Shown: positions 30,411 to 40,852, numbered from the stretch's first letter. The stretch is 64,000 nt of DNA from Spirochaetaceae bacterium (GCA_965224705.1 OZ245056.1:2784001-2848000); one strand, 5' to 3'. Notes: generated from the sequence alone by a model not told the origin. A program made the numbers and translations.

Positions 30411-30424
30411 TGAATACGTATACA
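30411..30424. promoter_or_regulatory. Putative LacI-type operator O1
   Basis: TGAATACGTATACA, near-palindromic with central CG, just upstream of TTGACA (30432). Confidence 0.6.
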
Positions 30425-30527
30425 TTTTCTCTTGACAGTTTTTCAACCATGGTCACAATGATTTTATCATGATAGGCCACTATGGTAAGATTATGATAGG
30501 ACTTTCTGATCTATGCGATGGGAGAGA

Positions 30528-31401
30528 TATGGGGAATCAGAACAAAAACAGGATTTTCCGGTGCTTAAAATGGATACGTATTCATTTTAATCTGATCACA
30601 CTTATGATTATACTGCCCGGCTGTGTCACCAACTACCCAAAACATGTAATGGAGCCGCCCTGGATTCCCGCCGAATCAACAGGCAGCGATGACGGAACTG
30701 GAGGCAAACCCGACCCCAATACAAAGGTGCCGGTGTACTTCAGCGAAACAGATATTCCGGTTATCGACGGAACATTTACTGAATGGAACGGTCTGGATGG
30801 TCCCCTCACCCGCCTGGCGGTGTACGGTGGTTCTCATGTACCGGAAGATGCCGAAGCATTCTTTGTTCTCCGCACCGATGGAATCAATCTTTTCCTGTAC
30901 AGCCGGGTCAGCGATGATCTCCCGCATGAGAATTTCCTGCCAGGATCCATGGCCTGGAGGGGAGATACCGTTGAAATATTTTTCGGGCCCGCCACAGCCA
31001 GACATAGAAAATACCAGGATGGCGATAATCAGATACGTCTGGTACCCCGGAGCAGGGAAAACATAATGGAAGTGGATATTGTTATCAATCAACGAACCGT
31101 GGGAGCCTACATGGTAAGCAATCAGGAAGGAGCGGTATTTGCGGCGGCAGCCCGGTATTCTGAAAGCGGATATGAAATAGAGGCGGCCATACCCCTGAGT
31201 CTGATGATGATTGAAGGACTGAAGCCAGGCCGGAAGGTGCGCTGTGATTTCCAGGTCAACGATGCGGATGAATCCGAACGTGACCGCATGGTTCACTGGA
31301 TGAGTGAGAAAGACAACCCCTGGACTGACCCCTCTGTCTGGGGAGACGGCATCGTCGTTGAACTACCCGAAACTCGCAAGGAGGATCCCGATTATCTGTA
31401 A
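30528..31401 (+). CDS. Lipoprotein with a CBM9/DOMON-like sugar-binding domain
   Basis: Lipobox-like IILPGC, then PVIDGTFTEW, WRGDTVEIFF, YEIEAAIP and FQVNDAD. The start is uncertain (30469 or ~30529). Confidence 0.8.
30565..30590. promoter_or_regulatory. Putative LacI-type operator O2, inside the first CDS
   Basis: 26-bp near-perfect palindrome TTAAAATGGATACGTATTCATTTTAA with the same core as O1. Confidence 0.6.
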
Positions 31402-34400
31402 AAAACATTCTCTGGTACTATTACTCACTATTGCCGTATCGGTGATTTCACTGCCGGCCTCCCAGTGGGTCAAAACTGCGAAAGATCCCGAAATGGGCTG
31501 GCGGTTGATGGTGGATGGAAAACCAATGGCCATTCATGGCGTTGTGTGGTCGTTCACGCCGATTGGGGAGAATTACAGTTTCGATCTCTGGAGTCAATCC
31601 AGAAGCTACATAAAGGCCATGATCGACACCGATGGCGCCCTTATGCAGGAGATGGGGGTGAATGTTATCCGAGTTTTTACGGATGTTCCCCCGGAATGGG
31701 TAACCTATCTCTACCAGCAATACGGCATCTACACCGTCGTGAACGACCTGTTCGGCCGCTATGGTATGATGGTGGATGGCCGATGGCAGGGCCAAACCAA
31801 CTACGCGTCCCTGCGAACCCGAGAACTCATCCTCGAACAACTTTCCGAAAACATTAAACGCTATGTCGATGTTCCCGGCGTACTCTTTTACCTGCTTGGC
31901 AACGAGAACAACTACGGTCTGGAATGGGACAGCGACCGTATTGAAAATCTTCCTGTGGGACAGCGGCTGGAAATCCGGGCCGGATACCTCTACAGTCTCT
32001 TTGAGGAGGGCATACAGATCGTTAAGGATATCGATCCAACCAAACCGGTCGGTATCGTCAACGGCGACATTCAGTACCTGAACATCATCAAGGCCCTCAC
32101 CCCCTCCCTCGACATACTCGGCGTGAACACCTATAGAGGAAAGGCCGCCCACGAATTGTTTTATGAAAGTGTCGATGGAACCCTCAATGTTCCCATTGTC
32201 TTCACCGAATTCGGAGCCGATGCCTTCAACGTTGTGGAAGGGGAGGAAGATCAGTACAACCAGGCCCTGTACATAAAGAGCCAGTGGGAGGAAATCTACC
32301 GTCAGTCCTATGGGAAAGGGGGAATCGGCAACTCTCTGGGGGGCTTTGTCTTCGAGTGGATGGATGAGTGGTGGAAGACCGGCATGACAAGTGAACTGGA
32401 CATCCACAATGAAAGCGGATCCTGGAGCAATGGCGCCTATGCGTATGATTCTTCTCAGGAAGAAAACAACATGAACGAGGAATGGTTCGGCATCGTAGCC
32501 CAGAGTCCCGTCAAGCGGGACGGCATCCATCAGCGGCGTCCACGGGCCGCCTATTACCTTCTGCAGGATCTCTGGAAACTGAATCAATTTGATTCCACGA
32601 CGGAAGATGTCGATGCTCACTTCGCCCGGAGTATTCGCCCCTATGTGAACCGGGCGGAAATCGCGGCGCTCAAGAAGGAAACCCGCCAACAAAACTTCAT
32701 CACTTCCCGGGGACAGGTGAAGATTGTCGGCACCGGGGATTTTAACAATAAAGGTATGAACGACCAGGGACTTGAGAGCATATCGACATCAAGCGGACAG
32801 TGGGCGTATCTGGGATTGGATTTGAAGCTGTCTGAAGCACTGAAGGCAGGATTAACATTCCGTGTACAGGGCGGGGTTCCCAATACCGTCTTTGAGCAGG
32901 AAGAATACAGCCGTTACGGCAGTTATTCTCTCTCGGCTGACTCCCTCACTGACCCAAATAACCCGACTAACGATCCCAAGTTACCAGATCAAGACTGGTC
33001 TCCAGTGAATCCGCTGCAAATCTATGATGGATATCTGAACTGGGAAACCCGGTACATGGACTTTGATTTCTACTACCACAACGGCCATGAGGATTGGGCG
33101 AATGAGGGAGACTACTTCCATCTCCTTCCCGAGTCATTTGATTTCTTTGGAATGGACAAGGAAGGTTCCAGGGCCCCCTTCGGTGCCGAATTCACAGGCA
33201 AGGAGTTCCTTGACGGCTTCAAGATTTACGGCGGCCCGGAGATCTACTGGGGCGCATCTCCCCAACTAATGGCCAAGTACTACTACAAGGGGGAACGTCT
33301 CTCATTCTCAATCATGCATAACGAGGTATTGCCCGACGAGGATTCCTCCACCGGCAAAACGAAACCTTCGTCAAGACGGACAAGTGCGTGGGTCGGCTTG
33401 AATTTCTCCCCCTGGGTGAATATCGGTCTGGGAGGTTTGTTCTCCGGGATGGATCAAATAGGCGAATCCTACAATCATGTTACAAAGGATTCCAGCGGTA
33501 AGTACTCGGATGTCGGCAGTCAGAAGATTACAGCTCTCGACACATTGGCCGGTAAAATTGATCTAAGCAGCAATATCTTCCTTTATACGAAAATATTCGC
33601 CCGATACACTCTTGCCGGCCGCGTGGCGGAAGCCGCGTCCTACATCACGCGGGACGGCACGCAAATGGCCGATGTGGGAACCGGCAACCGGCATGAATTT
33701 GAAGGAGGCTTCACCTTCCAGTACGGGGGATTTTCCCTGACACCCAAATTTCTGGCCCGAGTTCCCCTGTCTCATCCCCTTTCCTTTCATGAACTGGGCA
33801 CCATACCCCGAAATCCGCTCACCACGCCCTTCGCCGTGTACCGGAACCGGGAAGCCTATCAGGCGGAACTCATTTTAACCATCGATCCCACCGGCGATAC
33901 ATATTTTCACGACTGGAATAATAAGGAAAGGGAAAATGCCGTCCTGGCCGGGTACCTGTCGTTCCTGTATTCCTTCTACGAAGGCCCCACCGACAAGAAC
34001 ACCTACAAGGACAGGTATGGAACCACTTATGCCTTCGGCAGTGGGCTGCCGGAGGTGTATAACCTCTGGTCCGCCAAAGGGCGTATAGTGTGGAATGCGG
34101 CTCCGCGGGCCAGGCTCATTGCGGAATTCCGCTTGGGGACCGGTCAAAGCCATGGAGAAGATGACCGTCTGGTAACCTATGGGGGAGGAACACTTTCCGC
34201 CAGGCTCAATCACTGGCTCATCTCTTCATCCATTGATTTCAACAGTTGGGGCCATGAAGACTGGTATCGTCAATTCAATATTACCTATCCGCTGCAGTGG
34301 ACACTTGATATATCAAGGGGATTTGAGCTTCCCTCCTTCCTGGACACAAAGAACCGCATCGGCATACGCTGGAAGGGACGCACCTACGATGAGTACGCCC

Positions 34401-34474
34401 CGGACAATGAAACCAATAACGGTCTCAATTCATGGAGGATGGAAGTTCTCATGTATCTTTCCGTCAGTTGGTAG
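31391..34474 (+). CDS. Clan GH-A (GH2-TIM-barrel-like) glycoside hydrolase fused to a probable outer-membrane beta-barrel
   Basis: MGVNVIRVF, LLGNENNYG (acid/base), FTEFGAD (nucleophile) and FEWMDEWWK. The C-terminal ~590 aa has amphipathic strands and ends YLSVSW. Start is at 31304 (ATG) or 31391 (ATT). Confidence 0.75.
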   Translation: MICKKHSLVLLLTIAVSVISLPASQWVKTAKDPEMGWRLMVDGKPMAIHGVVWSFTPIGENYSFDLWSQSRSYIKAMIDTDGALMQEMGVNVIRVFTDVPPEWVTYLYQQYGIYTVVNDLFGRYGMMVDGRWQGQTNYASLRTRELILEQLSENIKRYVDVPGVLFYLLGNENNYGLEWDSDRIENLPVGQRLEIRAGYLYSLFEEGIQIVKDIDPTKPVGIVNGDIQYLNIIKALTPSLDILGVNTYRGKAAHELFYESVDGTLNVPIVFTEFGADAFNVVEGEEDQYNQALYIKSQWEEIYRQSYGKGGIGNSLGGFVFEWMDEWWKTGMTSELDIHNESGSWSNGAYAYDSSQEENNMNEEWFGIVAQSPVKRDGIHQRRPRAAYYLLQDLWKLNQFDSTTEDVDAHFARSIRPYVNRAEIAALKKETRQQNFITSRGQVKIVGTGDFNNKGMNDQGLESISTSSGQWAYLGLDLKLSEALKAGLTFRVQGGVPNTVFEQEEYSRYGSYSLSADSLTDPNNPTNDPKLPDQDWSPVNPLQIYDGYLNWETRYMDFDFYYHNGHEDWANEGDYFHLLPESFDFFGMDKEGSRAPFGAEFTGKEFLDGFKIYGGPEIYWGASPQLMAKYYYKGERLSFSIMHNEVLPDEDSSTGKTKPSSRRTSAWVGLNFSPWVNIGLGGLFSGMDQIGESYNHVTKDSSGKYSDVGSQKITALDTLAGKIDLSSNIFLYTKIFARYTLAGRVAEAASYITRDGTQMADVGTGNRHEFEGGFTFQYGGFSLTPKFLARVPLSHPLSFHELGTIPRNPLTTPFAVYRNREAYQAELILTIDPTGDTYFHDWNNKERENAVLAGYLSFLYSFYEGPTDKNTYKDRYGTTYAFGSGLPEVYNLWSAKGRIVWNAAPRARLIAEFRLGTGQSHGEDDRLVTYGGGTLSARLNHWLISSSIDFNSWGHEDWYRQFNITYPLQWTLDISRGFELPSFLDTKNRIGIRWKGRTYDEYAPDNETNNGLNSWRMEVLMYLSVSW

Positions 34475-34512
34475 TTTTAACAAGAATCAAAACATCTTGA
34501 GGAGGATGTATA

Positions 34513-37500
34513 ATGAAAAAGTCAGTTTTAGGTATAGTGGCCATCGTTGTCATGATGGCTGTCGTGATGGCGGGTTGTCCAAATCCAACGACCGATGACG
34601 ACCCCGTCTTTAGCGGTGTTCTCTATGAAGATGGATTTTCGCCTAAACTCGCCGACCCGAAGTATTGGAATGTCGATGAAACAGCGACGACTGATGAAGA
34701 GGGAGCAAGGGGCTTTGTTACCGGTGCGGAAAAAACGATAGTTAAAAACGGAACGGAATCCTTTAAGGTGGACTGGTCGGCAGCAACAGATTGGATGGGT
34801 CTTGCCCTCAATGTGGGAAGCGGGCCAACAATTAGCGGTACGGTAAACCTTAGCGGTTTTACTGCCCTGACATTCTGGGCTAAGGCGGATGGTACTGATG
34901 CCGAAATAAATGGATTTGGATTTGGTGCCGATGATAGTAAGTTGTTTACGAACGGCGAAAAATACAAAACCAGTATTGAAAATGTAACAGTTCCCGCCGC
35001 GGATTGGAAAAAATTTATTATTCCCCTGCCCAATCCCGCTAAGCTAGACATGATAAACTCGCTATTCTATGCCGTGGATGGAGCAAGTGGGGGAACCATC
35101 TACCTCGACGATATTAAGTTCGAGAAATTGAGCAATGTGGCCGTTAAAACCTTTGGCTACAGCGGGACTGCTCTGAATGTGGAAGCTGCTGGTACCGCTA
35201 ATATTGGTGATTTATCAGCCGTATTCACGGATGGAACGGATGACATAAGCCTTACATTTGAGAATCTCGCCGCCCATGTCTCATGGGAATCAGACAAGTC
35301 TGCAGTAGCCACCGTGAATGATGAGGGCCAAATAACCGGAGTCGCGACGGGCACGGCGACGATAACCGGCACACTGGGTGGTGAAACGGTGACCATCTCC
35401 GTGACCGTCGCCCAGGCCGTACCCTTCACGGGCGTTTTATTCGATGATGCCCCTCAGGGCGGGTTTGCACTCAACAAAGATGCAGGCGGTGGTGCTGATA
35501 AAGTCACCATCGATCCTGCGGCCAGCGTGGATTCGCAAACCGCAATAAAGGTAACCCTGGCCAGTGATGCCGGCGATTGGGGAGGCTTCTTCTTTGAACG
35601 ATCCAGCGGGGTTGATATCTCCGGCAAGACATTAGAGTTTTCTGTTTTGAAAGCCAGCCTGGACACGGCACCCATTACTAAATTCGGGGTTAAACTTCAG
35701 GATACACTGGGTGTCCACCCTGCACAAACACATCATTCTGAAATTGATCTCTTCACATCAAGTTTCACAAAAACGGATAACGGCAACTGGTATGACTTTT
35801 CAATTCCGGTAGCGGCCTTTAATAGCAATGATTTTGATGCGACGGATTTCAATATACTTGGCTTCTGGAATCCCAAGAAAGATGACAGCGGTAGCGAAGT
35901 ACTAGCAACTGGCGAGTTTGTATTCGATGACATCAAGTTTGTCGAGACAACGGCCACCACCTACACCGTAACCTACAACGCCAACGGCGCGGACGGCGGT
36001 ACACTGTCAAAAGTTACCGATACCGTAAACGATGGCCACACAGTCTTAGCTGCGCCCACGGGCATAACCAGAACCGACCACACTTTTAGCGGCTGGAACA
36101 CCGCTTCCGATGGAAGTGGTACAGACTTTGACTTTGGCACTACTCCGGTAATCGGCGATATAACATTGTATGCCCAATGGACGGCGGTTACCCCGTTTGA
36201 CAGAACAATATTTGACGATGCCCTGCAGGGCGGGTTTACGGCCAGCATAAATGCCAGTACCGGCGAAGTAGCGGCAGTCACTGATGAATCGACAGTCATA
36301 TCTGGCACGAGCGGCAAGTCGGTTAAATTCGAGCTTAATAGTGCCAGTACCTGGGGCGGAGGATATCTTCAGAATGTTGCAGGCGTTGACGCATCCAGCT
36401 ATACATCCCTGTCCTTTGATATCAACCTGAGCCAGTTGGATTCCACGGTGGATTTCCTGCAATTCAAGCTGGAAGATACAGCTGGAGGTGCAACTGCCGA
36501 TGCATTGAATCTCTACGATTTGGCAGAGACTGCGACCACTGGCGACTGGAAAAGCTACACAGTTTATCTTGCCAATTACAACATCATTGACTTCAGCAAA
36601 TTCAAAGCCATTGGTTTCTGGCATCCCAAAGCAGGTGCTACATACACTCCGGGTACATTCTATGTTGACAACGTAGAATTCGGAACGGCAACGGCCACCC
36701 CCCACACGGTAACCTACAATGCCAATCCCGGAAGCGAAACTCTTGTCGGAAACCTTTCAAAAACAAGCGAACAGGTTAACAGTGGTTCTACAATTGCTTC
36801 CGCCCCTGACGGTTTTAGCATTACCGGCTACACCCTCAAAGGCTGGAACACCGCATCCGATGGAAGTGGTACAGACTTTGTCTTTGGCACTACTCCGGTA
36901 AACGGCGATATAACATTGTATGCCCAATGGGAGATGGTCGTGGCTTTTACCGGTATACTGTTTGACGATGCCCTGCAGAATGGGTTTGCGGTTGATGTCA
37001 ACTCTGATGGCGATGCCGCGATTGATGCCACAGAGGCAACTACAGTTGTCGGCACAAGTGGCGCATCCATAAAAATTTCCCAGTCATCAGGAAATTGGGG
37101 CGGTGGATTTGTGCAGAATACAAATGGCGTTGACGCGAGCAGTTATGCCAAAATACAGTTTTCCATCAATGTCGCCAGTCTTGATAGCGGTGTGGATTAT
37201 TTGGAAGTCAAGCTGGAGGATGTTCCCGCTGCTGCATATTCAGTGAACCTCTATGATTTGACAGCGGATGATACCGATGGAGACTGGAACACATATTCCA
37301 TTGCGCTTTCCGCAGCTGCTGGCATGGACCTTACCCAGTTCAAATCCATCGGCTTCTGGCATCCCAGAGCAGGTGGAGTCAACGGAACCTTTACACCGGG
37401 AACTTTCTACGTTGATGACATTAAATTCAACAATGAGGCTGTAGCACAGCATACCGTAACCTACCATGCCAATCCCGGAACCAAAACTCTTGTCGGAAGC

Positions 37501-39036
37501 CTTTCAAAAACAAGCGATACGGTTAACAGTGGTTCTACAATTGCTTCCGCTCCTGGCGGTATTAGCATTGCCGACCACGTCCTCAGAGACTGGAACAACC
37601 AGCCCGATGGATCCGGACACTCCTTTGTATTCGGTTTGAATTCGATAACCGACGATATGGATTTGTATGCCCAATGGGTGGTCGATAAGTTGGACGAACG
37701 ATATTACTTCCTGGGCGATGCCACGGGTGTTGGCACACCCGAAATGGAAGGGAGCGGCATGACACACTTCGGGGGCTACGATAACACAATCACCTTCACC
37801 ACGGAAGCGAGCGGCGGTGCCGATAGCACCAGCGGGTACTTCAAGCTGGTAGGAACGGGAACGCAAGGCTGGGCGGCAGGCGGCTGGGGCGATGGCCCGT
37901 ATATCGACTTCACCGGGTATGACACCCTTGTGTTCTGGGCCAAAGTACCCGACACACCTACAGTCGGGAAAATTGCTGCGACACAGGTGAAATTCGTCCT
38001 GACCAGTCGGCACAGAACATCTGGAGGAGATGTTGGGGGACCAATTATAACGAGGCCTGAGGGCAGTAATTTCACGACAACCTGGACAAAATACGAAATC
38101 CCACTGACAGAAATTACAAGTGATACGAATTTTATGCAGGAAGCTATCAAGGAGTTCAAGTACGATTTTCTCGGCAACAATCACGAACTTCACCTGGATG
38201 AGGTGTATCTCAGAAGAGCCAGCGGAAACGCACCCGCATTAGCTGTGACGGTACCGGAAGATTCCAGCAAGGCTATTGATGAGAATCCTGCCGTGGATAC
38301 CGTATTGGAAAACATAGCAAAACTGACTACTGTGACCGCGGGAGCAACACTGAGTTATAGCATAACAGATCAGAGTGCGGCTGGAGCCATGAGCATTGAT
38401 CCAGATACTGGTGTGCTCAAAGTCGCCGATGCCACGCCGTTCGTCTATGTCACCAACCAGCAACTCACCGCCACGGTCGAGGTAAGCGCGGACGACGGTG
38501 GCACGCCGGTAACTGACAGCATTACCGTTACAATAAACATCAAGAACCCGGCGGTGGCACCGACTGATGCTCCTACAGCCCCCACTACCGCTGCCGCAGA
38601 TGTTATCAACCTGTTCAGTGATACTTATGCCGGTACAGCGGCAACACAAATTAACGTTACCGAATGGAATCCTGGTTGGAACCAGGCCACTGTGTACAGT
38701 GAAGTAACCATTGCCGGTAATACGGTCAAGAAGTATTCCAATTTGAACTATCAGGGCATTGAATTTACCAACGAGGATGTGTCCACCAAAACAAAGGTAC
38801 ACTTCGATCTATGGACGGCGGATGAGACGAGCTTTACTTTCTTTTTGATAACACCTGGTCCACATGAGCATGGAGTTGCGAAAACACCAACACTCAACAG
38901 TTGGAACTCCTACGATATTGATTTGAGTGACTATACAACCGGCAATGCCAGTTTGAATCTGGCGGATATCTTCCAGATAAAAATTGTCGGCAGCGGTGGA
39001 AAAACCGTCTTCCTCGACAACATTTATTTCTATTAG
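34513..39036 (+). CDS. Multimodular surface glycan-binding lipoprotein (CBM-like domains, Big_2, Listeria-Bacteroides/InlB-B repeats, cadherin-like)
   Basis: RBS GAGGAGG and lipobox MAGC. WESDKSAVATV...G.ITGV (Big_2); three TVTY(N/H)AN...WN...DGSG...LYAQW repeats; repeated WGG...W(H/N)P...D.I.F jelly-roll-like modules. Confidence 0.8.
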   Translation: MKKSVLGIVAIVVMMAVVMAGCPNPTTDDDPVFSGVLYEDGFSPKLADPKYWNVDETATTDEEGARGFVTGAEKTIVKNGTESFKVDWSAATDWMGLALNVGSGPTISGTVNLSGFTALTFWAKADGTDAEINGFGFGADDSKLFTNGEKYKTSIENVTVPAADWKKFIIPLPNPAKLDMINSLFYAVDGASGGTIYLDDIKFEKLSNVAVKTFGYSGTALNVEAAGTANIGDLSAVFTDGTDDISLTFENLAAHVSWESDKSAVATVNDEGQITGVATGTATITGTLGGETVTISVTVAQAVPFTGVLFDDAPQGGFALNKDAGGGADKVTIDPAASVDSQTAIKVTLASDAGDWGGFFFERSSGVDISGKTLEFSVLKASLDTAPITKFGVKLQDTLGVHPAQTHHSEIDLFTSSFTKTDNGNWYDFSIPVAAFNSNDFDATDFNILGFWNPKKDDSGSEVLATGEFVFDDIKFVETTATTYTVTYNANGADGGTLSKVTDTVNDGHTVLAAPTGITRTDHTFSGWNTASDGSGTDFDFGTTPVIGDITLYAQWTAVTPFDRTIFDDALQGGFTASINASTGEVAAVTDESTVISGTSGKSVKFELNSASTWGGGYLQNVAGVDASSYTSLSFDINLSQLDSTVDFLQFKLEDTAGGATADALNLYDLAETATTGDWKSYTVYLANYNIIDFSKFKAIGFWHPKAGATYTPGTFYVDNVEFGTATATPHTVTYNANPGSETLVGNLSKTSEQVNSGSTIASAPDGFSITGYTLKGWNTASDGSGTDFVFGTTPVNGDITLYAQWEMVVAFTGILFDDALQNGFAVDVNSDGDAAIDATEATTVVGTSGASIKISQSSGNWGGGFVQNTNGVDASSYAKIQFSINVASLDSGVDYLEVKLEDVPAAAYSVNLYDLTADDTDGDWNTYSIALSAAAGMDLTQFKSIGFWHPRAGGVNGTFTPGTFYVDDIKFNNEAVAQHTVTYHANPGTKTLVGSLSKTSDTVNSGSTIASAPGGISIADHVLRDWNNQPDGSGHSFVFGLNSITDDMDLYAQWVVDKLDERYYFLGDATGVGTPEMEGSGMTHFGGYDNTITFTTEASGGADSTSGYFKLVGTGTQGWAAGGWGDGPYIDFTGYDTLVFWAKVPDTPTVGKIAATQVKFVLTSRHRTSGGDVGGPIITRPEGSNFTTTWTKYEIPLTEITSDTNFMQEAIKEFKYDFLGNNHELHLDEVYLRRASGNAPALAVTVPEDSSKAIDENPAVDTVLENIAKLTTVTAGATLSYSITDQSAAGAMSIDPDTGVLKVADATPFVYVTNQQLTATVEVSADDGGTPVTDSITVTINIKNPAVAPTDAPTAPTTAAADVINLFSDTYAGTAATQINVTEWNPGWNQATVYSEVTIAGNTVKKYSNLNYQGIEFTNEDVSTKTKVHFDLWTADETSFTFFLITPGPHEHGVAKTPTLNSWNSYDIDLSDYTTGNASLNLADIFQIKIVGSGGKTVFLDNIYFY

Positions 39037-39225
39037 AAATAATTCCCCATTAAGCCGCTTCACGGCGCCGATTGGCGCCCGGCGGCTTTGGGGAGCCCTG
39101 GGAGCATTGCTTCCAGGACTCCCCGCTATGGGTTGCGAACCGGAGCTTTGCTTCTGGCCTTTGGGCTGTTTTTTGAACCACGAACCACACGAAAAGCACG
39201 AACGGGGGAGTCAAAGGAGTGGAAA

Positions 39226-39435
39226 ATGACCGAACAGGAACTTTTGCAAAGACACGAAGAGTATTCAAAACAGTTGCTGGCCAGTATGAAGGAGCAGGGA
39301 ATCCACGAAAAGAAATTCTATGCGCTTCACGAAAACACATTCCCTCCTCCCGCCGAGGACATTCTTCAGCCGGGGCCGGAAAACCGGGCGGCGCTGGAGG
39401 AATTCAACAAGGGCTGCGATATTTTTTTTATCTGA
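39226..39435 (+). CDS. Small hypothetical protein (69 aa)
   Basis: AAGGAG RBS before ATG 39226; MTEQELLQRHEEY... Confidence 0.45.
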   Translation: MTEQELLQRHEEYSKQLLASMKEQGIHEKKFYALHENTFPPPAEDILQPGPENRAALEEFNKGCDIFFI

Positions 39436-39548
39436 GGAAATAAGCCTGCTGCGGCAGGGGCACAGTTAGCACCTTGAAGGTGTTTCATTACTTCTCTGGG
39501 GGGCTTTTGGGCATGGTAAATCGTTGAAAGACGGGTAAGGAATTTCTT

Positions 39549-39914
39549 ATGGGAAGGATCATAAGCACAGTCAATGTACAAAACTTGAATCCCACAAAGA
39601 ATTCAAAAAAAATTGACATTCTTGTCGATACCGGGGCGGGTTATCTTACACTCCCCCTGGCGTGGAAAGACGATTTTGGCTCTTTTGACACCGAAGAAAC
39701 GGTCGATCTGCAAATCGCCGCTCAGGAAACTGTTCAAGGAACAATCTGCGGGCCGGTCAGGATACAAGTGGAAGGATTCAGGGCCGTGTACAACGAAGTG
39801 CTTTTTGGCGAATACGAGCCTCTGCTCGGCTATCTGGTGTTGGAGCAAAGCGGAATAGCCGTTGACAGGATTGACCACAGGCTGGTGCCGGTGAAATACC
39901 TGGACCTGAAGTGA
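39549..39914 (+). CDS. Clan AA (retropepsin-like) aspartyl protease
   Basis: ILVDTGA and EPLLGYLVLEQSG..VD motifs. Confidence 0.85.
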   Translation: MGRIISTVNVQNLNPTKNSKKIDILVDTGAGYLTLPLAWKDDFGSFDTEETVDLQIAAQETVQGTICGPVRIQVEGFRAVYNEVLFGEYEPLLGYLVLEQSGIAVDRIDHRLVPVKYLDLK

Positions 39915-39931
39915 TTGAAGGATGATTAAAT

Positions 39932-40849
39932 ATGAATAATAACAACACCGTGAGATTCAGGCTTTCCAGACAGAAGATACTGCTGGCCATGGCTATTCCC
40001 GGCGTTCTCTGGATGCTTATCTTCAACTACATACCTATGTATGGGGTGATTATTGCGTTCAAGGAGTACCGGATAATCAACACAATCGGAGATGCTCCCT
40101 GGGTTGGGCTTATGCATTTCCGGGAACTGTTCCATGACAGCGATTTTTTGCTGGCTATGAAAAACACTCTGGGAATGAGTCTGTTGAAGCTGCTTGTGGC
40201 ATTCCCCATGCCCATTGTGTTTGCCCTGCTGTTAAACGAGATTCGTTCAAATGGTTTCAAGCGCAGCGTGCAGACTATTTCCTACCTGCCGCACTTCCTG
40301 TCCTGGGTGGTTTTGGGGGGAATTTTAATTCCCTGGCTCTCGGAGACAGGCTTTGTGAATGAACTCTTAAGCAAGCTGAATCCAAACCATGAAGCGGTTC
40401 CCTTTCTGGGCAGACCGCAGGGTTTCTGGACGCTGGCCATCGTTTCGGACATCTGGAAGGAAATGGGCTGGGGTGCCATTATCTATCTGGCTGCTATTTC
40501 CGGTATTCCAAACGAACTCTACGAAGCCGCTGTTGTCGATGGAGCAGGCCGATTCCAGAAGATGTGGCACATTACCCTGCCGTCCATCGCGGGAACGGTT
40601 ACCATCCTTCTTATTCTGGCCATCAGCGGCATTTTGAACACGAACTTTGAACAGATGCTGGTCTTGAGCAATCCCTTGAACAACGATGCCAGTAATGTTA
40701 TTGACCTCTATGTCTACCGAACCGGTATACGGGGTCTGCGGTTCTCGTATTCCACGGCGGTGGGTCTGTTCAAGGCGATTATTGCCCTGATCCTTCTGCT
40801 GGGAGCGAATGGGATTTCCAAAAAGGTGCAGGGACGGGGGGTGTTTTAA
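39932..40849 (+). CDS. Carbohydrate ABC transporter permease (LplB-like)
   Basis: YIPMYGVIIAFK, SYLPHFLSWVV and ELYEAAVVDGAGRFQKMWHITLP (EAA motif). Confidence 0.93.
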   Translation: MNNNNTVRFRLSRQKILLAMAIPGVLWMLIFNYIPMYGVIIAFKEYRIINTIGDAPWVGLMHFRELFHDSDFLLAMKNTLGMSLLKLLVAFPMPIVFALLLNEIRSNGFKRSVQTISYLPHFLSWVVLGGILIPWLSETGFVNELLSKLNPNHEAVPFLGRPQGFWTLAIVSDIWKEMGWGAIIYLAAISGIPNELYEAAVVDGAGRFQKMWHITLPSIAGTVTILLILAISGILNTNFEQMLVLSNPLNNDASNVIDLYVYRTGIRGLRFSYSTAVGLFKAIIALILLLGANGISKKVQGRGVF

Positions 40850-40852
40850 GTC

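Noticed and set aside
31448..32692. 414-aa antisense ORF (also 40892-41818 and 25947-26882)
   Set aside because: They overlap well-supported genes on the opposite strand and show no recognisable motifs.
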